The notes under the pieces are model-generated. The model was not told the origin of the DNA, did no database searches, and saw only the letters and a list, made by a program, of their open reading frames with translations. Below, one piece after another: positions 1-15,000 of a stretch of 64,000 bases of DNA. A program made the position numbers and the translations under genes. The DNA is taken from NCBI GenBank assembly GCA_040954595.2, contig CM082588.2:6026202-6090201 (forward strand), written 5' to 3'. Origin of the DNA: Balanoglossus misakiensis (lineage: Eukaryota > Animalia > Hemichordata). Each line of letters opens with the position of its first letter. The first letter of the stretch is position 1.

Positions 1-2308
1 GCTGATCAATAAACTGTTATTATTTTGCCATTTACAATACAAAATTAATCAAGTAGACAGCACATATTAATGGTTGAAAAAAAAGCCAATTGATATATCA
101 TTACCATATTTCTCCAGGTGTAAGTCCCCCCATACATGTATCGGTATAAGGCCCAGTCCAGGTTGAAGCTCATGTCTATGTACGAAACCATAGTCTCACA
201 GAAATTTTCATATACCGTAAGTTATAAGCATATTAAAGCACATAGAAAATATGGCACTGTGTCCAGATCAAGAGAGTGTCAAGGCATGCACCCACTAGCT
301 GAAATACAGGATGTCCCACATTAGCATTTACAACATTATTCTTGACATTTCAAGAGACCAGTCAAAAATTCAAAAAAGAAACACAGCTTTCTCCACTGTC
401 TGCGTCAATAAGCTTGTTGTAAATTCTTCTGAACCTGAAATTTTTAAGTTCTTGGAGTTGAGCTCATGCACTGACAATTTCAGAGTTACATTTGGACAAA
501 GTTTGGTAATCACTGTTATATCTGAATAATGTCTGTCTCTCTTGCAAAGTGAAACTGTTTTGCTAAGTACTAAATATGTAAAAACTTCTTCCCTTGAAAA
601 TGTGGAAAATTCTGTCAAAAATGCTCATCAGAAAGATGTTGTTCTTAGGCCATCTATGTTTACATAAAATTATGTACAAGTATGACTGGAAAACTCGTGA
701 TAGATTTGTTGAATGTTTCATGATTCTGTTTGGCAGGAGACAATACTCTGAACTATAACTAAAGCGCACGGTTTCCTTGGGATGTTGATCTAGTTAAACT
801 CTTCTTCACAAAAGTGGAACAGGGATTGCAAATTCACATATGGTAAATCTTAAATGAAAAAGACAATATGGCATTCTTCTCGTCACAAATGATCTTTGAA
901 ATATTTCAGTAAAATGACAATGTTGATTTGATATCATGCAAGTATATCTGTAAAAATCATAGTGTACAGAAAGTTTGTATAGCCATAATCTGGTACAATA
1001 GCTGGTACATCCATGTTATTCAATGGCTAAGCAAATATACCGCTTTTAAAACTGTCCAAAACAATCCTTTCACTAAAATTGGCACATGGGTTTGAGTATA
1101 GGAATGTGTTTTGAAAATTAATTTCAACTTTGAGCAGGTTCTCACTTTTTCATTAATTAAAGTATCAGCAAAATTATAATTGCAAAAGATTTCAACTTTC
1201 ATGCATGTTGATTGAGTGACCACAAATAATGTCGATAAAAGTACAGAATATTATAAATTAACAATTATAAATAGTTTCACAATTATGAAATAAACTTACA
1301 ATGCTTGAGATTGACTTATTGTAACTAGAAGTTGGCAGTTTACATATTTGGACTTTCTTACCATGTCTGTCACACAGTTGAACTTGATAACATAAGCAGA
1401 AAAAATTGTATAAACTTAGATACTAAGGAAAGATTTCAATAGCGATAAATACAAGGTGACTTTGAGTTAAATATTCATGTCATAGATTGTCTGATCTTGG
1501 CACAATTAATTCGATAAAGCAAAATTTGTTGAGATGTACAAAATTACCATGTTCAAAAATCGTCAAGTAGTCTAAATTACATTAAAGTTTGCAACTGAAC
1601 ATTTTAATCCTATAACGCTAAAATGATGTGAGCAAGAGAAAACTCAAAACTCAAAGCGCCCTCACAGTCTTAACTTAGTTGACTCATGACTCTCGTGTGT
1701 TTTCAAAATGTCTACAGAATATTATTCCGATCATCAACAGATGTTTAGGAAAACAAAATTGGTAAATATTACGTGAAATTTAAAACATCATCGACTTCTG
1801 ATTAGTGTACTGTACTTACATTTTGTTTGACATTTCAAAAAAAGACACCACTATAAAATAGAACACTTTTAAGAGTTTTTGTTTTTAAAAATTGGCTGCA
1901 AAGCAGTTAAAAGCCTTCGTTTTTCTTTAGATATTCTTTGGTAAAAGAGTTACACTTCTGGTTTGAAAAATAAAACTTTTCTAAATGAGATCCCTAGCTT
2001 GAGAGCACAGCCCATGTGTAACAAATCTTTGCCTATAACTATATTGCACGATACAGTTTTTTCTATTACAATATTAAAAGTTCACTTGAAAACAGGCAAG
2101 AAGTATACTGGTAAAGTATATTGACAATATACAGCATGAGAAAACATTACTGAAGAATTTTAATATTTTGAGCATGCCGATCATTCTACCCTATTGAGGA
2201 ATGGTAGAGTCTGCACCACCATGTCTGGAAAAGGTTCAACATAGACAGTACTCTTTGTTTGGACTATATTACCACTTTCAACATGAGGAATGCAGTCAGA
2301 ATTGATTG

Positions 2309-3508
2309 CTACACAACAGACTGGTCGTTGCACTCGTAAATTGCACTCGGCCGTATACGCCTTTGAGTTCTTCCCGGTAGTTTTGGCAGGAGTTTAAACG
2401 TCTTTGGGATGATCTCTCTGCACGCTTCCCGGAATTTCTTTATCCTCCAGCAGTATATGATTGGATTGAAGGCAGAATTCATGTAGCTCAACCAGAGGAT
2501 GGCGGTCTCCACTACGTAATGTTTGCTGGTGGTGTCGTCAAACAGGATGATGAGTTGCGTGATGGCGTACGGCGCCCAGCATATGACAAACACAATGAAC
2601 AAGAGGAGAATTGTCGTAAAGGCTCTCGTTTTGAAGCTCATGTCCACGTTGACTCTGGCAGGGCGGGTGATCCCCGTGAGCCCGAGTTTGTTGGCTTGGC
2701 TGACGCTCAGCGATTCCGGGTGATTTTGCACGCGGCAGGAGTTCCGTCGCACGGTGTTGAGGATGCAGAGATACGAATACGACATGAGAAGACACGGCAA
2801 GTAGAACAGGAGCATGATTTGTAAGATTGCATATACGGCGTCGGCTATGTTCTCAGGCTTTTCCAGCATGCACTGGGCCCGGCCCAGGATGAAGGTGTAC
2901 CCCGACCACCCGAATATGGGCGGTATGCTAATGAGGCTACTGAAGAGCCAAGATGTGCCGATCAGGATCTTGGCCCGCTGGGGGTTCAGCTTGTCCTTCC
3001 GCCGCACAATTATGAAGAATCGGTCGATGCTGATCGACGCCAGGATGTAGACAGCCTCGAAACTGAACAGCGTGTGAAAGAACGCCGTGATCTGACACAT
3101 GACCTGGCCAAATATCCAATCAGTGGTGATGATGGTCACGAGCGCGAACGGCATGCTGGTCAGCGCGATCATGATGTCCGCGAAGGCCAAGTTCGCCAGG
3201 AGTAAATTGATGGCCGACCGCATGGCGGGTTTCTGGTAGACAATCAGGCAGACGATGCTGTTTCCCAGAACGCTGAAGAGGATCATCACCACCATCAGTA
3301 TCGCCAGCGGAATCACGGCCGACAACGGAAGTCCGTACTCCTCGTCCTGTTTCAACACTGTGCCGTTGTTTGTCCTGTTGTCGTATACCGGCGTCACTTT
3401 GCTGATCTGCAGTGTTGTGCTTATAGCCGACATCGTCGCCGCAGTAAATTCCGTCGTCCCCATCATCTCAGTAGGCACACTGGGACTGGTACTATTCCAT
3501 AACACCAT
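2309..3508 (-). CDS. Rhodopsin-class orphan GPCR, GPR45/GPR63 (PSP24)-like, 399 aa, single coding exon
   Basis: Seven hydrophobic segments with class A motifs GN (TM1), LAFAD (TM2), DRF (TM3), CWAP (TM6), NPIIY (TM7). The blocks IVYQKPAMRSAINLLLA, VDMSFKTRAFTTIL and C-terminal RRIRPSAIYECNDQSVV match GPR45/GPR63 as I recall them. The first ATG is at 3508; the ORF-track start at 3580 is TTG. Likely co-ortholog of both vertebrate genes, so no symbol is given. Confidence 0.9.
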   Translation of the reverse strand: MVLWNSTSPSVPTEMMGTTEFTAATMSAISTTLQISKVTPVYDNRTNNGTVLKQDEEYGLPLSAVIPLAILMVVMILFSVLGNSIVCLIVYQKPAMRSAINLLLANLAFADIMIALTSMPFALVTIITTDWIFGQVMCQITAFFHTLFSFEAVYILASISIDRFFIIVRRKDKLNPQRAKILIGTSWLFSSLISIPPIFGWSGYTFILGRAQCMLEKPENIADAVYAILQIMLLFYLPCLLMSYSYLCILNTVRRNSCRVQNHPESLSVSQANKLGLTGITRPARVNVDMSFKTRAFTTILLLFIVFVICWAPYAITQLIILFDDTTSKHYVVETAILWLSYMNSAFNPIIYCWRIKKFREACREIIPKTFKLLPKLPGRTQRRIRPSAIYECNDQSVV

Positions 3509-5809
3509 TTCGGAATCTGCGACTGGAATGACTTTCGATCGAGGTTGACGACCTACGACTCTCTGATCTCCAAACTGCAATCAAACCAGTAATGTCAGAG
3601 GAGAGTACTTAGAAATACAATCAAACTTCTTCCTTCTGGAGATTCCTCAGTGAGTAATAAGCTGTCGTTATTTTGATGGCTTTAAGCAGTTACGTCTCAA
3701 GCACCTTGTGTACAGATCTCACTGACATCCATCAAAAGAGATGAAGATGATTATCACAGGAAATCTTCATTCAACCAAACTCAGACATGTCAATGAAGAA
3801 GTATTTTGAAGTGCTGCTTCTCCAGGATTTCCTTAGAATTAAAAAATAATAATAATGGCAATGTTTGATGGGTCTTGATGCTTTGAGACAAGTTGGAAAA
3901 ACAGTCAACACTTGTCTTCATTTGTAATATCATCAACTCATGTGGCAGATCTGAAAATAAAAATTGAAAGAAAACAGTTTTAGTAAAACTAAAATTCTTG
4001 TTCTTCTCCCTACCCTACTTAAATGCATGCCCCAAACTCTGCACGTACATGTATGTGTACGTGTGTCATGAATGTTGTTTTCTAAATTCTTGATGAATGA
4101 ATTCAAATCTTGGCCATCATTCATATTTCAATAATAGCAGTGTTGAATCTACCTATGGGCTGTTTTTATACGCCAAATAATCCATGTTTTGGATATTCAA
4201 AGAAGAAACTATGACTGTCACCGAATCTAGTAATCCCACTCTGCAATAAACACACTTTTGTGACATTGCACTTAGGGCTATAGTGACCCCTTACATTGCA
4301 CTCTGTTAGTGTTATGTTCAGTGGAGATATGAAACTGGAGATTCGGTAGAACACAGTCTGTAAACAACTTATTCCTAGACGTGCTCATACGAAACAGACT
4401 TCCATTTTATTTAGTTCCCCTGAAGTATAATAATTTCTTAATTGATGTGGCATCCAGATGTCTATCCATGAATGTCATCATTATATACTTTGCAGAGAGA
4501 CCAGCTCAAACCCTTAATCACAAAATTCCAACATTGTCGGAAGCTTTGTCGCTCTCTAGAGCACAGCCGACTCTCGTTAGAATTAACATGCAGGGTTTTT
4601 AAATGGGGCACAAGAAGAGAGTCTCAGTGCTTGTTGTGAAAAAAGTCTTGCAAGAAGCTTTTGTGATTGATGTATTCATCATATCCTGGAGTGGACATTG
4701 AGTAAGATGATGACAAGGGAAAACATGACTTTAATAGTACTCTGTTGACGTTTCCATGAAAACAATATATTGATTGCCATATGCATCTGACAGGGATAAA
4801 AATCAGTCATTTTGCTTATATTGGTATGGTTGGACCTCTAAAGAAGGAACTGGGGATGAAAGGATTCAGACTTCAACATGATATTATCTCTATCTGACAT
4901 GATATTCTTTAGGTTTGTGATGGAATACTAAGACTTGCAAATGGCTGAGGCTTACATTTTTACAACACAGTCATTGTAATGACTCGAGTCAAATCTTAAA
5001 ACATCCAACACTCCGCAGACCAAAATCTCGTATCCACAACAACAATCTGAAGTCTCACAAATTGTCTAATGCCTCAATCTACTTTTCTGCTTGTGAACAG
5101 CGCATGTGTTATCGACAGGAGGCCAAGCCATTATTTTTCCCCCTGAAATTTCAACACAGGTGAATCAGATACCAGTGACAAATGAAATTTCAAATGTCAT
5201 CTGTTACATCGCTAATGCTATTACTGGTGTCTGCTTTAAATGTCAGCTACGAGCAATGCTTTATTTACGCCTCTGTGTTTTCAGAAGACTGTTATTTATA
5301 GGAAAAGATGTTTTACTTTGCCGCTAAGTAAATCAATCCTTCAAAATTATTATGTATCGTAAACAGTGATTCATTTCAAGGCTCCAGGTACATTTTCCCG
5401 AGAATTAAATATATAAAAATTTCTGAAAAAGGATTGAGATTCTAATGTTTTGCCTGATCAAAGTCACTCCACACAGTGACTGTGGCCTGATACCTGCATC
5501 AGCAAGCACCCCTATGATTTCCTCCATTAGCACAGCAGAAAAACAACAGCGCAGACCAATGTCCTTCCAAACACAGGCAATTAGAACAGCCCTGATGCCA
5601 CTCTGGGAGACCTCGAAACCTGTACATCCACTCACAGAATTCAGGCTTCAGTGTTCATTAGTAATAATAGGAACAAAACATATATCAGCTACGGCTGACA
5701 ATTAAACTCATGAGCAGCAACTGAGAAAAGGTCAAGATGATATGAACCATGGAATGATATATTACTGCACTGTTGCTACTGACTTCAATGGTAATAATAA
5801 TAATAAAGG

Positions 5810-5811
5810 AC

Positions 5812-5862
<51 letters not shown>

Positions 5863-5892
5863 GATGATGATGATGATGATGATGACGATGAC

Positions 5893-5925
<33 letters not shown>

Positions 5926-5967
5926 GATGATGATGATGATGATGATGATGACGATGATGATGATGAT
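5810..5967. repeat. (GAT)n trinucleotide microsatellite with GAC/GAA interruptions
   Basis: Directly visible; accounts for the poly-D, poly-M and poly-S ORFs. Confidence 0.97.
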
Positions 5968-7847
5968 AGTACCATTACTAATTATTTGTATTTATAATAT
6001 ATTCACTATAATATTTACGATGGGTTATTGATTTTTTTTTATTGATTGATTGTTTATTTTATTTAGCACCTAATTGTTTTCAAACTGGAATTCTGAAATG
6101 ACAATTTTTTGTCTTTATGATGACATCTATTGTTATAAATTGTATTGCTGGTAAATAATGGATTCACATATGAGAAAATCAAAGATTAACCTTAGAAACT
6201 TGAAACTGGAAAACATAGTTATAATGAAAAGAAATTTTGCTATTTACATGAGACCTCTCAAATTGTGCATAGAAATGATAACAAAATGTGTTAAGAGCTG
6301 ATGTGTATGCTTTTGAAGATGACAGGATTAAAATTCATCTCCAGATTGAATACTGAACTTGAACTTCGAGATAAATACCCTCAGTCATTTAATCGGGTAA
6401 AGTACACGTACACCGCAAAGCGAGGTTATTTAAACTTTCTTAGAGGAAAATCTTGGCATTTAGAGGTTAACAATGCCCCTTATTTTCACAAACAACAGAA
6501 GAAGCCCTAAACTTTTAAGCTTATCAGCTGTAACGTCAGCACTCAAAAACACCCATTTGGTATCGCCATAGAAATATTGATAAATACAATATACGCAGGC
6601 ATGACATTGCCATGGAAATGTATTATTTTTTTATTTTTTAATTCATGATATTACTAGGCCATTACTGTATACAGTTTAATCCCTCTAACAGCTCTGGCCT
6701 GACATTGGAGTATTATGAATACAGTAAAATCTTGGCATTCTTATGACTACTATGTAGACTTAAACCGCTATTGCCACATGCACATTAATTCAATTGTATG
6801 GTTTCCTCCCCCAACAGTTTAAGATCTGAAAAAAACATGAAATGGATGCCACCTAAAAATTGAAAAAAATACTAATTTATACACAAATCTGAATTCTGTA
6901 TTAAGTAAAAAATATTATTAGTGAGGAATGTTTTAATTTTTGTGTTGTTTTTGTTCTCGTTTCAAATGAAACTAACGTTTGCCATAAAACGTCCTACTGT
7001 TTGAAATTCCCTGCAGAACACTGATTGCTATCTAAGGTCAGAAGATTATAATTTACTGCAGCAACACAAGTTGGAGACATCCTTAGTTCCTAATTCTCCA
7101 GAAGGTTGACACATAAGGGCAACTCTGACATAAACATCAGGCCACACTCTGAAAAAATCCTGTTATGCATGCACAGTCCATCATCAAAATACAGAAATGG
7201 CTGGAAACGTTCCTGTTTTGATTATAGGTATATTCAGCAAAGATCATGTGACCATTAAATTGGGAGATGATGCTGGTGAGGTGGGGGACATGGGGGATTA
7301 GGACGGGGCAGGTGGAGGGACTGTCCCTTAAGATGTAGTCGACCATACAGTTGGGCAAGAGCAGAAATGTGAACCTCACTATCGACAATTAAAACAAACT
7401 GGAACCTTGAGAAACTGAAGAGAAAATGTCGAACAAATTCAACAAACGCCGTAAACAAGATTTTGTTTGGGTTGGCCATATTATTAACGAGGATCACGAA
7501 AATATCCAGCAGGCATGGCAAAGGTAATACCTGTTCAGGTTCACACATTGCAATTATGAAGAGAAACGTGATACCATATTCGACTGAAGGTCTCTGTAAT
7601 CAGTCTTTTCTGACCTAACCATGGGTACCCTTGCATTATAAATTGCCATAGGCAATCTTTACCATTGGTTTTGTAAGAATCTCTGTCAAAGTCAGATCGG
7701 CTAGATAATGTTTTCTTCAAAGCGCTTAATTTCTATTAAATGTCAAGGAGATGTACCGTGTCTGTATTGTTGTTTGTGGAGATGTGTTATTTCTGTTTCG
7801 AAAATAGCTCGAAATATGGAGTCATAATATAGGCACAACATTTTGTG

Positions 7848-8012
7848 TTTAAGAAATAAAACACCCAAGGGATATATACATTATGTAGGTAGATATCACA
7901 AGATGTTTTAACAGCTCAAATCCACATGTGAACTCCCTGACACTTGTGTATCATGTATATCATATGTCATGCATACATCGATGATGTGAACTGGTCAAAA
8001 TCTTGCGGTGTA
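7848..8012. mobile_element. Degraded copy of the palindromic element at 22406-22710
   Basis: Shares taag(a/c)aataaaacaccc, a diverged left arm and gaactggtcaaaatc with the 22.4 kb element. Confidence 0.55.
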
Positions 8013-9017
8013 TAATATAATGCAGCTCATAACAGACGCAGCAATTGAAACTTGTCAACCAACAATTATGTACACGTCAGGTTTATTGTCGCTAACAACA
8101 GCTAAATATTCAGATACAAATGTAAGCTGTAAACAAATGCAAAATGTTGAATTGATGGCTTATATTGAAATAATAAGAGAAACCTAGACCTTGCCAATGC
8201 CAGTAAAACTGAATGCCAAGGTCAATGAATTTTTGAAACACCTGAACTCATTCTGTGATTTTTATTTAATGGTTCACCAAATATAATTAACAAGGTAGCA
8301 ACCTCTTAATGCGTCATTGACAAATGGCTATCAATTTTTTTTTAAAAATTCAATGCAACTGTCTTTTACAACTAAATCAGTCTGGGTTACAGCAATCGTA
8401 CTTTGTGGCTAATGCGCTCACGCAGAGAAAATTCGATTAAAGTTTATATCTGGCATTGCCTTGGCCAGCTAGTCTTATATTCCCCTGGGATAGATACTAA
8501 TCTATATATCCAACATCACCTTCTAACTTCATCCATGATTACAGCTGACGTGAATTTCCTGTGCGCTCCTGGGGATATGATGTCAGCCAATGTGCATCTC
8601 AATGGAAAACACATTTTGAATCAGGAACGATATACTGCTTTGTACTTCAGCGTTTCATCGAATTTCAAGCTCGGCTACTGTGAGATTATCAGATTATACG
8701 GCCTTGCACAAAATCACCTTGAAAATCCTGATATTATTTTCATGGGTTAATCTTGTGCAGGTATTACCTTTGCATATACAAGCAGTGGCCGGGTCATCCG
8801 TGCTGCTGACAGCAAAATAATAATCTCTCATATTTTCCTTCACCTAATTTCAGACAAGTTTTTGTAATTGTTAAATGACATGCCATTCTTTTTTAATGAT
8901 GTCTATGGCACCTTTATTGACAACTAAGTTATCTGTGCTAGAGTCTAAGTTTTACCATATCCTGACTGAGGTAGATGGTAGTCAGATAATGAGCTTACAG
9001 CTAGGTTGACTTAAATA

Positions 9018-9086
9018 CAGACAGACAGACAGACAGACAGGTAGGCAGACAGACAGACAGACTTTAACAGACAGACTGACAGACAG
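9018..9086. repeat. (CAGA)n tetranucleotide microsatellite, imperfect
   Basis: Visible cagacagacaga runs. Confidence 0.85.
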
Positions 9087-12000
9087 GTAGCTCAGGAAAG
9101 GTTCATGTACATGTTCGCTCCTCAAATATTCCGTACGAAGTCAGCAATACATTATGTACAATGTGTGATTCAGTACAGTTTAACAGACAAACAACATGGT
9201 AGTTTATAGAATAATTAAATCTTGCTGTACAGGATAACTACTAAGAAACTGCAGCCAGTGTTACGTATAGCGTTCTCTGTTGTCTGCAGACAGATGTTCG
9301 CTTTTCGGACGTCACACTCACTCACTGAGGCATTCAATCATGATATAGCCTTGAAACAAAATAGTTATCTTTCGCTGACAACTTCATCATCAATCTCAAT
9401 GGGTCGCCATGGCTACAGGCTAATGACAGATTCAATAAGATATTGGGATTGCCTTTGTGGCTTGCATGCTTTTGAATGTGGATGTGATAGAGAAAATGAA
9501 AACCAAATTTGTGAGTGGTTTATTTGTGGTTTGCGAAAATGGACTCTCAATTTCAGAGCCCTGAATCATCTAAATGTAATCTTAAACACTGACTGTCATC
9601 ACAATTGATTTTGAGATTTCTATCATCCTAAAATATTGTACAATCTTTAGTGGCGGGTGACTGCTATTAATTATCCCATAAAATATTTTGCAGTGTTCTT
9701 GGACAGACATTTCAGTGCGTTAATTCTGCATCTCTGGGACTGAGAACTCATCTAACCTTGTTGGTTTACAAATCATTTTCTGGAAATTTTCAAGGGCACC
9801 AAAAAACTGCTTACTTTGCTTTAAAATCCTCTTTCTGTACATGATACCAGTATATAGAAATTACATCATGTCCCAAAAGTTTGGATTAAAATCGCACACC
9901 TGGGAGTTTTTAAAGCCAATGACACAGGTACATATGATGAAATTAAACGATTATAAAACTGTAGTGAAGATTGTGGCTTACGTGTGGAATTATCGTGATC
10001 TCCAAGCTTGAGTCAAGAGACCACTCCAGTCTCGTGAAATTGTGTAAATATTAAACTACCTGACCTCCGGAAAATGTGTATTCAGAAAGCTAAGAGCTTT
10101 GCTTATCTAGCAATGTGCAATCCCACTTTTCCTGTTTTAAGCGCTCTGAACAATCTGTTTTCCGCAATTTTTTTACTACCGGTGTATATAAGGAACGATT
10201 CAAAGCTATAAAGACCGATGATTTACATACAGTCAGCTCCGACGGAAGAAATGAAACATGAACGCAAACTTGTTCTGCGGATACACATTTGCGGAATACA
10301 AACATGGATTTCATTTATTCCCAGAAGTAAGGGCACAAGAAGCTTTCCGTAATCAGGAATAAATTGCATCTAGGGGTCAAGGTCTCCTTCGTTAAAACCC
10401 TCCTCAAACGTTCCTCTGAAAACCATGATTCAACAGAAATGTATTATAAACTGTCAAACAGATGGGACTGTCGTCATGGTTATGAAGCTACCATGATAAA
10501 TTTCTGGGGTTTATTTTGTTAACACTGATGATAAGGGGACCTGGAAAGTGCATTAATTTTCTGTCAGATGGTTCAAATAAAACACTGCAGTGATAGTTTA
10601 TGACTGGTTTTTATATTCAGATTTATGTACACTTCAATGATAAATGATTTTGTTATGTGAAGCAAATATGCAGTGTTAATATTTCTGCTGAATCCTTAAT
10701 TTATATATTTGATGTCATATCTCACGTGACCGGAATCTTGTCAAAATTCAAAGAGAGACATTTCACAGGAAATATCATGTAAATCTGCAATTTGTTCATT
10801 CTTTGAAAATTTCAAGCGAATTCTACAGTTCTGATCTCACTTTGATATTTAATTTCCTCGTGTGAATACCAATATGATTGGATCCTGAAGTCTTGCTGTG
10901 CAATTCTTCTGGGTCAATTAAAATAACGCAGTGATGTGTGAAAAAAAAGAAGTGAAATTCACAGAGAAAAAAACGAAAACACAGGATGTGGATTGCTATC
11001 ATTTCAGGGAATCTGCAATCACTTCACTGAATAGATTTGTTTTGTTTTTTTATCGATTTTCATATCCACAGGAGAAGTTCATTTTCTTGGATGCAACGTA
11101 TTAGTTCCATCACATTAGTTTACCATAAATATTAAACACATATTTAAATTTAAAACGTTTGTAGGTTTAGGCATGAGGGCAATTTTCCTCATCTGACAGA
11201 CTCACCAGTGAATATAAATTTTTAACAATATTAACTGATAGTTACACTGCTAATGCATTTTTTAAAGAAACAATTCTGAACAATACTATGTCTGTATTGA
11301 CTAGCTCATGCAGTACTGTCTGTTGAATCATTCTTTGAAGCATCTTCCCTGTCACATTGCAGGATTTGAACAATTTGACAAGCCATCAACCCGTCTACCC
11401 ATCAAGTATTTACAGATGCAAAATACAAATCAGACTCTTTTGGGATATGTAGTTTTTTTATCACTTGTCGAAGTCCTAAACCCCTAGTACCGATATATGT
11501 TTTCTCAAAGCTTAGATAATGGGAAATGGGGGTTTGTTCTTCAATAATTGACAGGAGATAAACAACAAATCTAGAAAGCATCTGGTTTGTATGTCACATG
11601 GACAGGGATTGGATGGTTACAGGTCAGATGGTACATCTGTTGGCTAACAACCAATCACAGATCAGGTACTTGTGCTCTTTATATTGAGAAGGTGCTGTAC
11701 AATTTATATGTCTACATGCACACTTTACAATGAACATGATTACTCTGAAATCAAATGCAGCCAAAAACAGTTACAGCTAAGCGTGCTTTGTTTATTTCCT
11801 CCACCCTCAGTAAGATCCATTACTGTTACTTTCACAAAGCATGTTACACTCAGAAAGCTTTAATCTAGTGAAATCCACTGAGATTATACACGGGGAAGAT
11901 CGCATTGTTTGTGTGACAGCTCGGTCTGGTGAACCTTTTCAGGTATCAATTTTACGCCGCGACATAAACTCTTAAAGCAATGTACAGTTTCCAAATGGAA

Positions 12001-15000
12001 AGTCTGTGTGGAATTGTTCCATTTGATAATAAGCCATTCCCAGGCTGTACCTTGTAATCGATGCTAGACACATGCACTGTGCGTGCTATGACATCGCAAT
12101 ACGTTGTGTGGTGACACAAATAGTACGCAATAAGAGATTTCCTGCACACATGTCGTATTCAATGATGACGACAAAGTCAGCAAAAAAATTATCATGATTC
12201 GGGCTAATCCCAAATTCCATGAATTAGTACTCGAAAACACTTCATACCCTTATAAACCACGTACGTGCCCTTTCTTCTGCCCCCCCCCCCCACCATACTT
12301 GTTGGTTTCTGCCAGTCCCTAATTGACCTCTCTCTAGACTAACAATAATTGGAAATTACAAATTGCCTTCAAATGGAACTGATCGTTGTGATAACAGGGA
12401 ACATCCTGTTATTTTACAATACATGTCCAAGAAGCACTGTCGGCTTATCTGATTGTTTCCTTAAGACTGAGCATATCCTTGATCTTACTTGAAAACGGAT
12501 TCTCATTTGAATTAAGTAAATTATAATGATGTAAAATACCTCAGGGCTAGCCCCCCCCCCCAAAAAAAAAAAAAAAAAAATCAACAATCAAATTTGTCTA
12601 AATGGATCTGCATGCACTTTGAAGTAATCATGTTAATAGTCAACGATATTGACCCTCTCAGGCAACTCAAATTTATACCCACCAACGGGGAATAAATTCT
12701 CAGCATTGCGATACACTGCACAAGACAAGAGTCTATCCGATGTATCGAATTTCTCTACGCTCAGCAGTTCATCAACTAATGAGCTAGTCTCTGCACGAAA
12801 CTGTCTTTTATCATTCTGTCTTTGAATTCAGAACCCTACTAAGCATTCCAGAGATTAGCTACATCAAGGATATGTAGCATACATGTTAACAACATCATTA
12901 TACTTTCCACTGTAAGAAATGTGCCTAAAATGAGGTTAAATAGACTCACTGACACATTTGGTTAGTTTTATGCGACTACAGGACGATTGAGATTATTGTA
13001 TGGTAACTACTGCTCACTCTGGTATTTGAAATGTTCTACAGATATTACTCGAAAATGTGTCAAAGAGATTATTTGTGGGTTAACTGTTTCCTTAGAACTG
13101 CGAATGACTCAAAATTAGATGGTGAAAATCTAAGATGATGACTATTTGCTATAACTTACAGTTTTAGAAATTAAGTATACCCTCTCATTGACATAGTGCA
13201 AACTATCAACATGATCTATTACATTCTTATGACTTTCATCGTTTTGTTGCTCTGTTCTGGAAGAATTAACCATTAACAGTAAATTGCATGTCATGCTTGA
13301 ACATCGCAACCTTGATGAAATGTTGCCAAAATAACACTGCATGATGTCTGCTGAAAAAAGTTTGTGTTATTCATTGCTGTATAACTGCAGTGTTCTGCAT
13401 TCTGCTTGTAGAATTAAATTATGCAGAGACAGCAAAGACTAGATGTTATGTCGGCAGCTAAGTCTTTAAACACAGATCACGGCAATTGTCGCAAAGCTTG
13501 AATAGTGCACACAACATGGACAATAAATCATAAAGAGAAATGAGATGTCACAAGATTACGACTTTGTGACTTCAAACTGACTGGCACAGCAGATGGTATT
13601 ACAGCAAGCATATTACTTTTTTTTCTCGAATTCCTAACATGCTAATAGCCTCACTGAAATAATTAAAATAGTTATGCATTGGTATCAGTATGCATATCCC
13701 TGTATATAATTTTATGTTGTTTTTATCAATCTTTTCGTGATCCAGGCACTGAGCTGCCTTGGGTGTAGCTAATGCATTCTGGGAAAATGGGTGCAAGACT
13801 TTTACTAATAATGCAGGTAGTAGGGTAAAGAGCATGTGTACACTGATACATGTACCTAGACTCTACCAGTTAATTGCTGTGTTTGTTGATAATCCCTCTA
13901 ATGAGTATATATACTGTATCATGTGTCAATAGACAAAGCTACTGTATGTTTTTGTAGGTGTCTATTGATAGGAATATTCATGATGGAAGAAGGGCAGGCT
14001 TGGGATAATAGTCTGTTGCCATGTGAGATTCAAATAGTGAGTAGTCTGTATAATTTGATTGGTTAACTTTTTTGATTGACAGACATGGAACATTTGAAAA
14101 GTTCTCTGCTTAATAGCCAATCACAGATTTTCATTTGGGTGAAATAAAATGTGTCAGCTTGCCACATGCTAACAGGAAGACGTGGGCTTGCACGTATCCA
14201 TGGGAATACCTCCTGGTAAATTAGAGATGATTATACTCCTCTGAGAGCTCAGGTGACAACAAAATTTACAAGTGACAAGAATTGATAGCATCTCTGAGGG
14301 GGTTACATGTAGCAGTCCTGAGAGCTGTGTTTCAGTAGTGAATGACAAAATTGCCGTATAATGATCGACAAAGCACTGTGATGCAGAAGTGTTCCAATTT
14401 TTCTATTTTTCACTTGCTAATTTAAGTAATTACGACAAACACAACCCCATTTTTAAAACCAATTATCTCTTACACAGGATATACTAATCCTCGTGACAAT
14501 TTCAACAAATTTTCAAGGTCAATAGAGATTGTTGTGCTATCGACGCCTTTGACAGGAAAAGTGTGACCACCATCGATGCTGTGAGTGTAACAAATCTTAC
14601 GTTATATAAAACATTATAGAATAATAACAGCCAGTGTTGTAACAGGGGCCACAATTGGATGGAATTTTCACGTTTCAGTGCATCAGATTTAGTGTCCTAA
14701 CTGTGTTGCTGGGGGGACTCACTCATCACTTGTTTGTTATCTAAGGTTATGAAACAACCCATCTGTCGCACGTATTCCATGTATGGTAACAATGATCCCG
14801 TTTTCACCTTGAAAGACTGTACTAATCATCTTTTTAAAAAGGTGTTAGTGCGTGCATGTGGAACATACAGCATTTTCTCGCACTCCTGGCCGCTGCGAGT
14901 GAGGGATCGACAGTCTATGGGATAAAATCAATCCCACACCCTCACAGATTTAAAAGCATTAACTGACACGGGTGCTGACCAAGTTAGAAACTAAGTTCTG

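Noticed and set aside
2519-3548. Antisense and alternate-frame ORFs over the GPCR (likewise over CCT8 exon 7 and the TauD exons)
   Set aside because: Shadow ORFs caused by GC-rich codon usage of the real genes.
3509-3580. N-terminal extension of the GPCR from the ORF-track start
   Set aside because: The start codon is TTG; the first ATG at 3508 precedes a typical glycosylated N terminus.
5685-6031. Poly-S, poly-D and poly-M ORFs
   Set aside because: Translations of the (GAT)n microsatellite.
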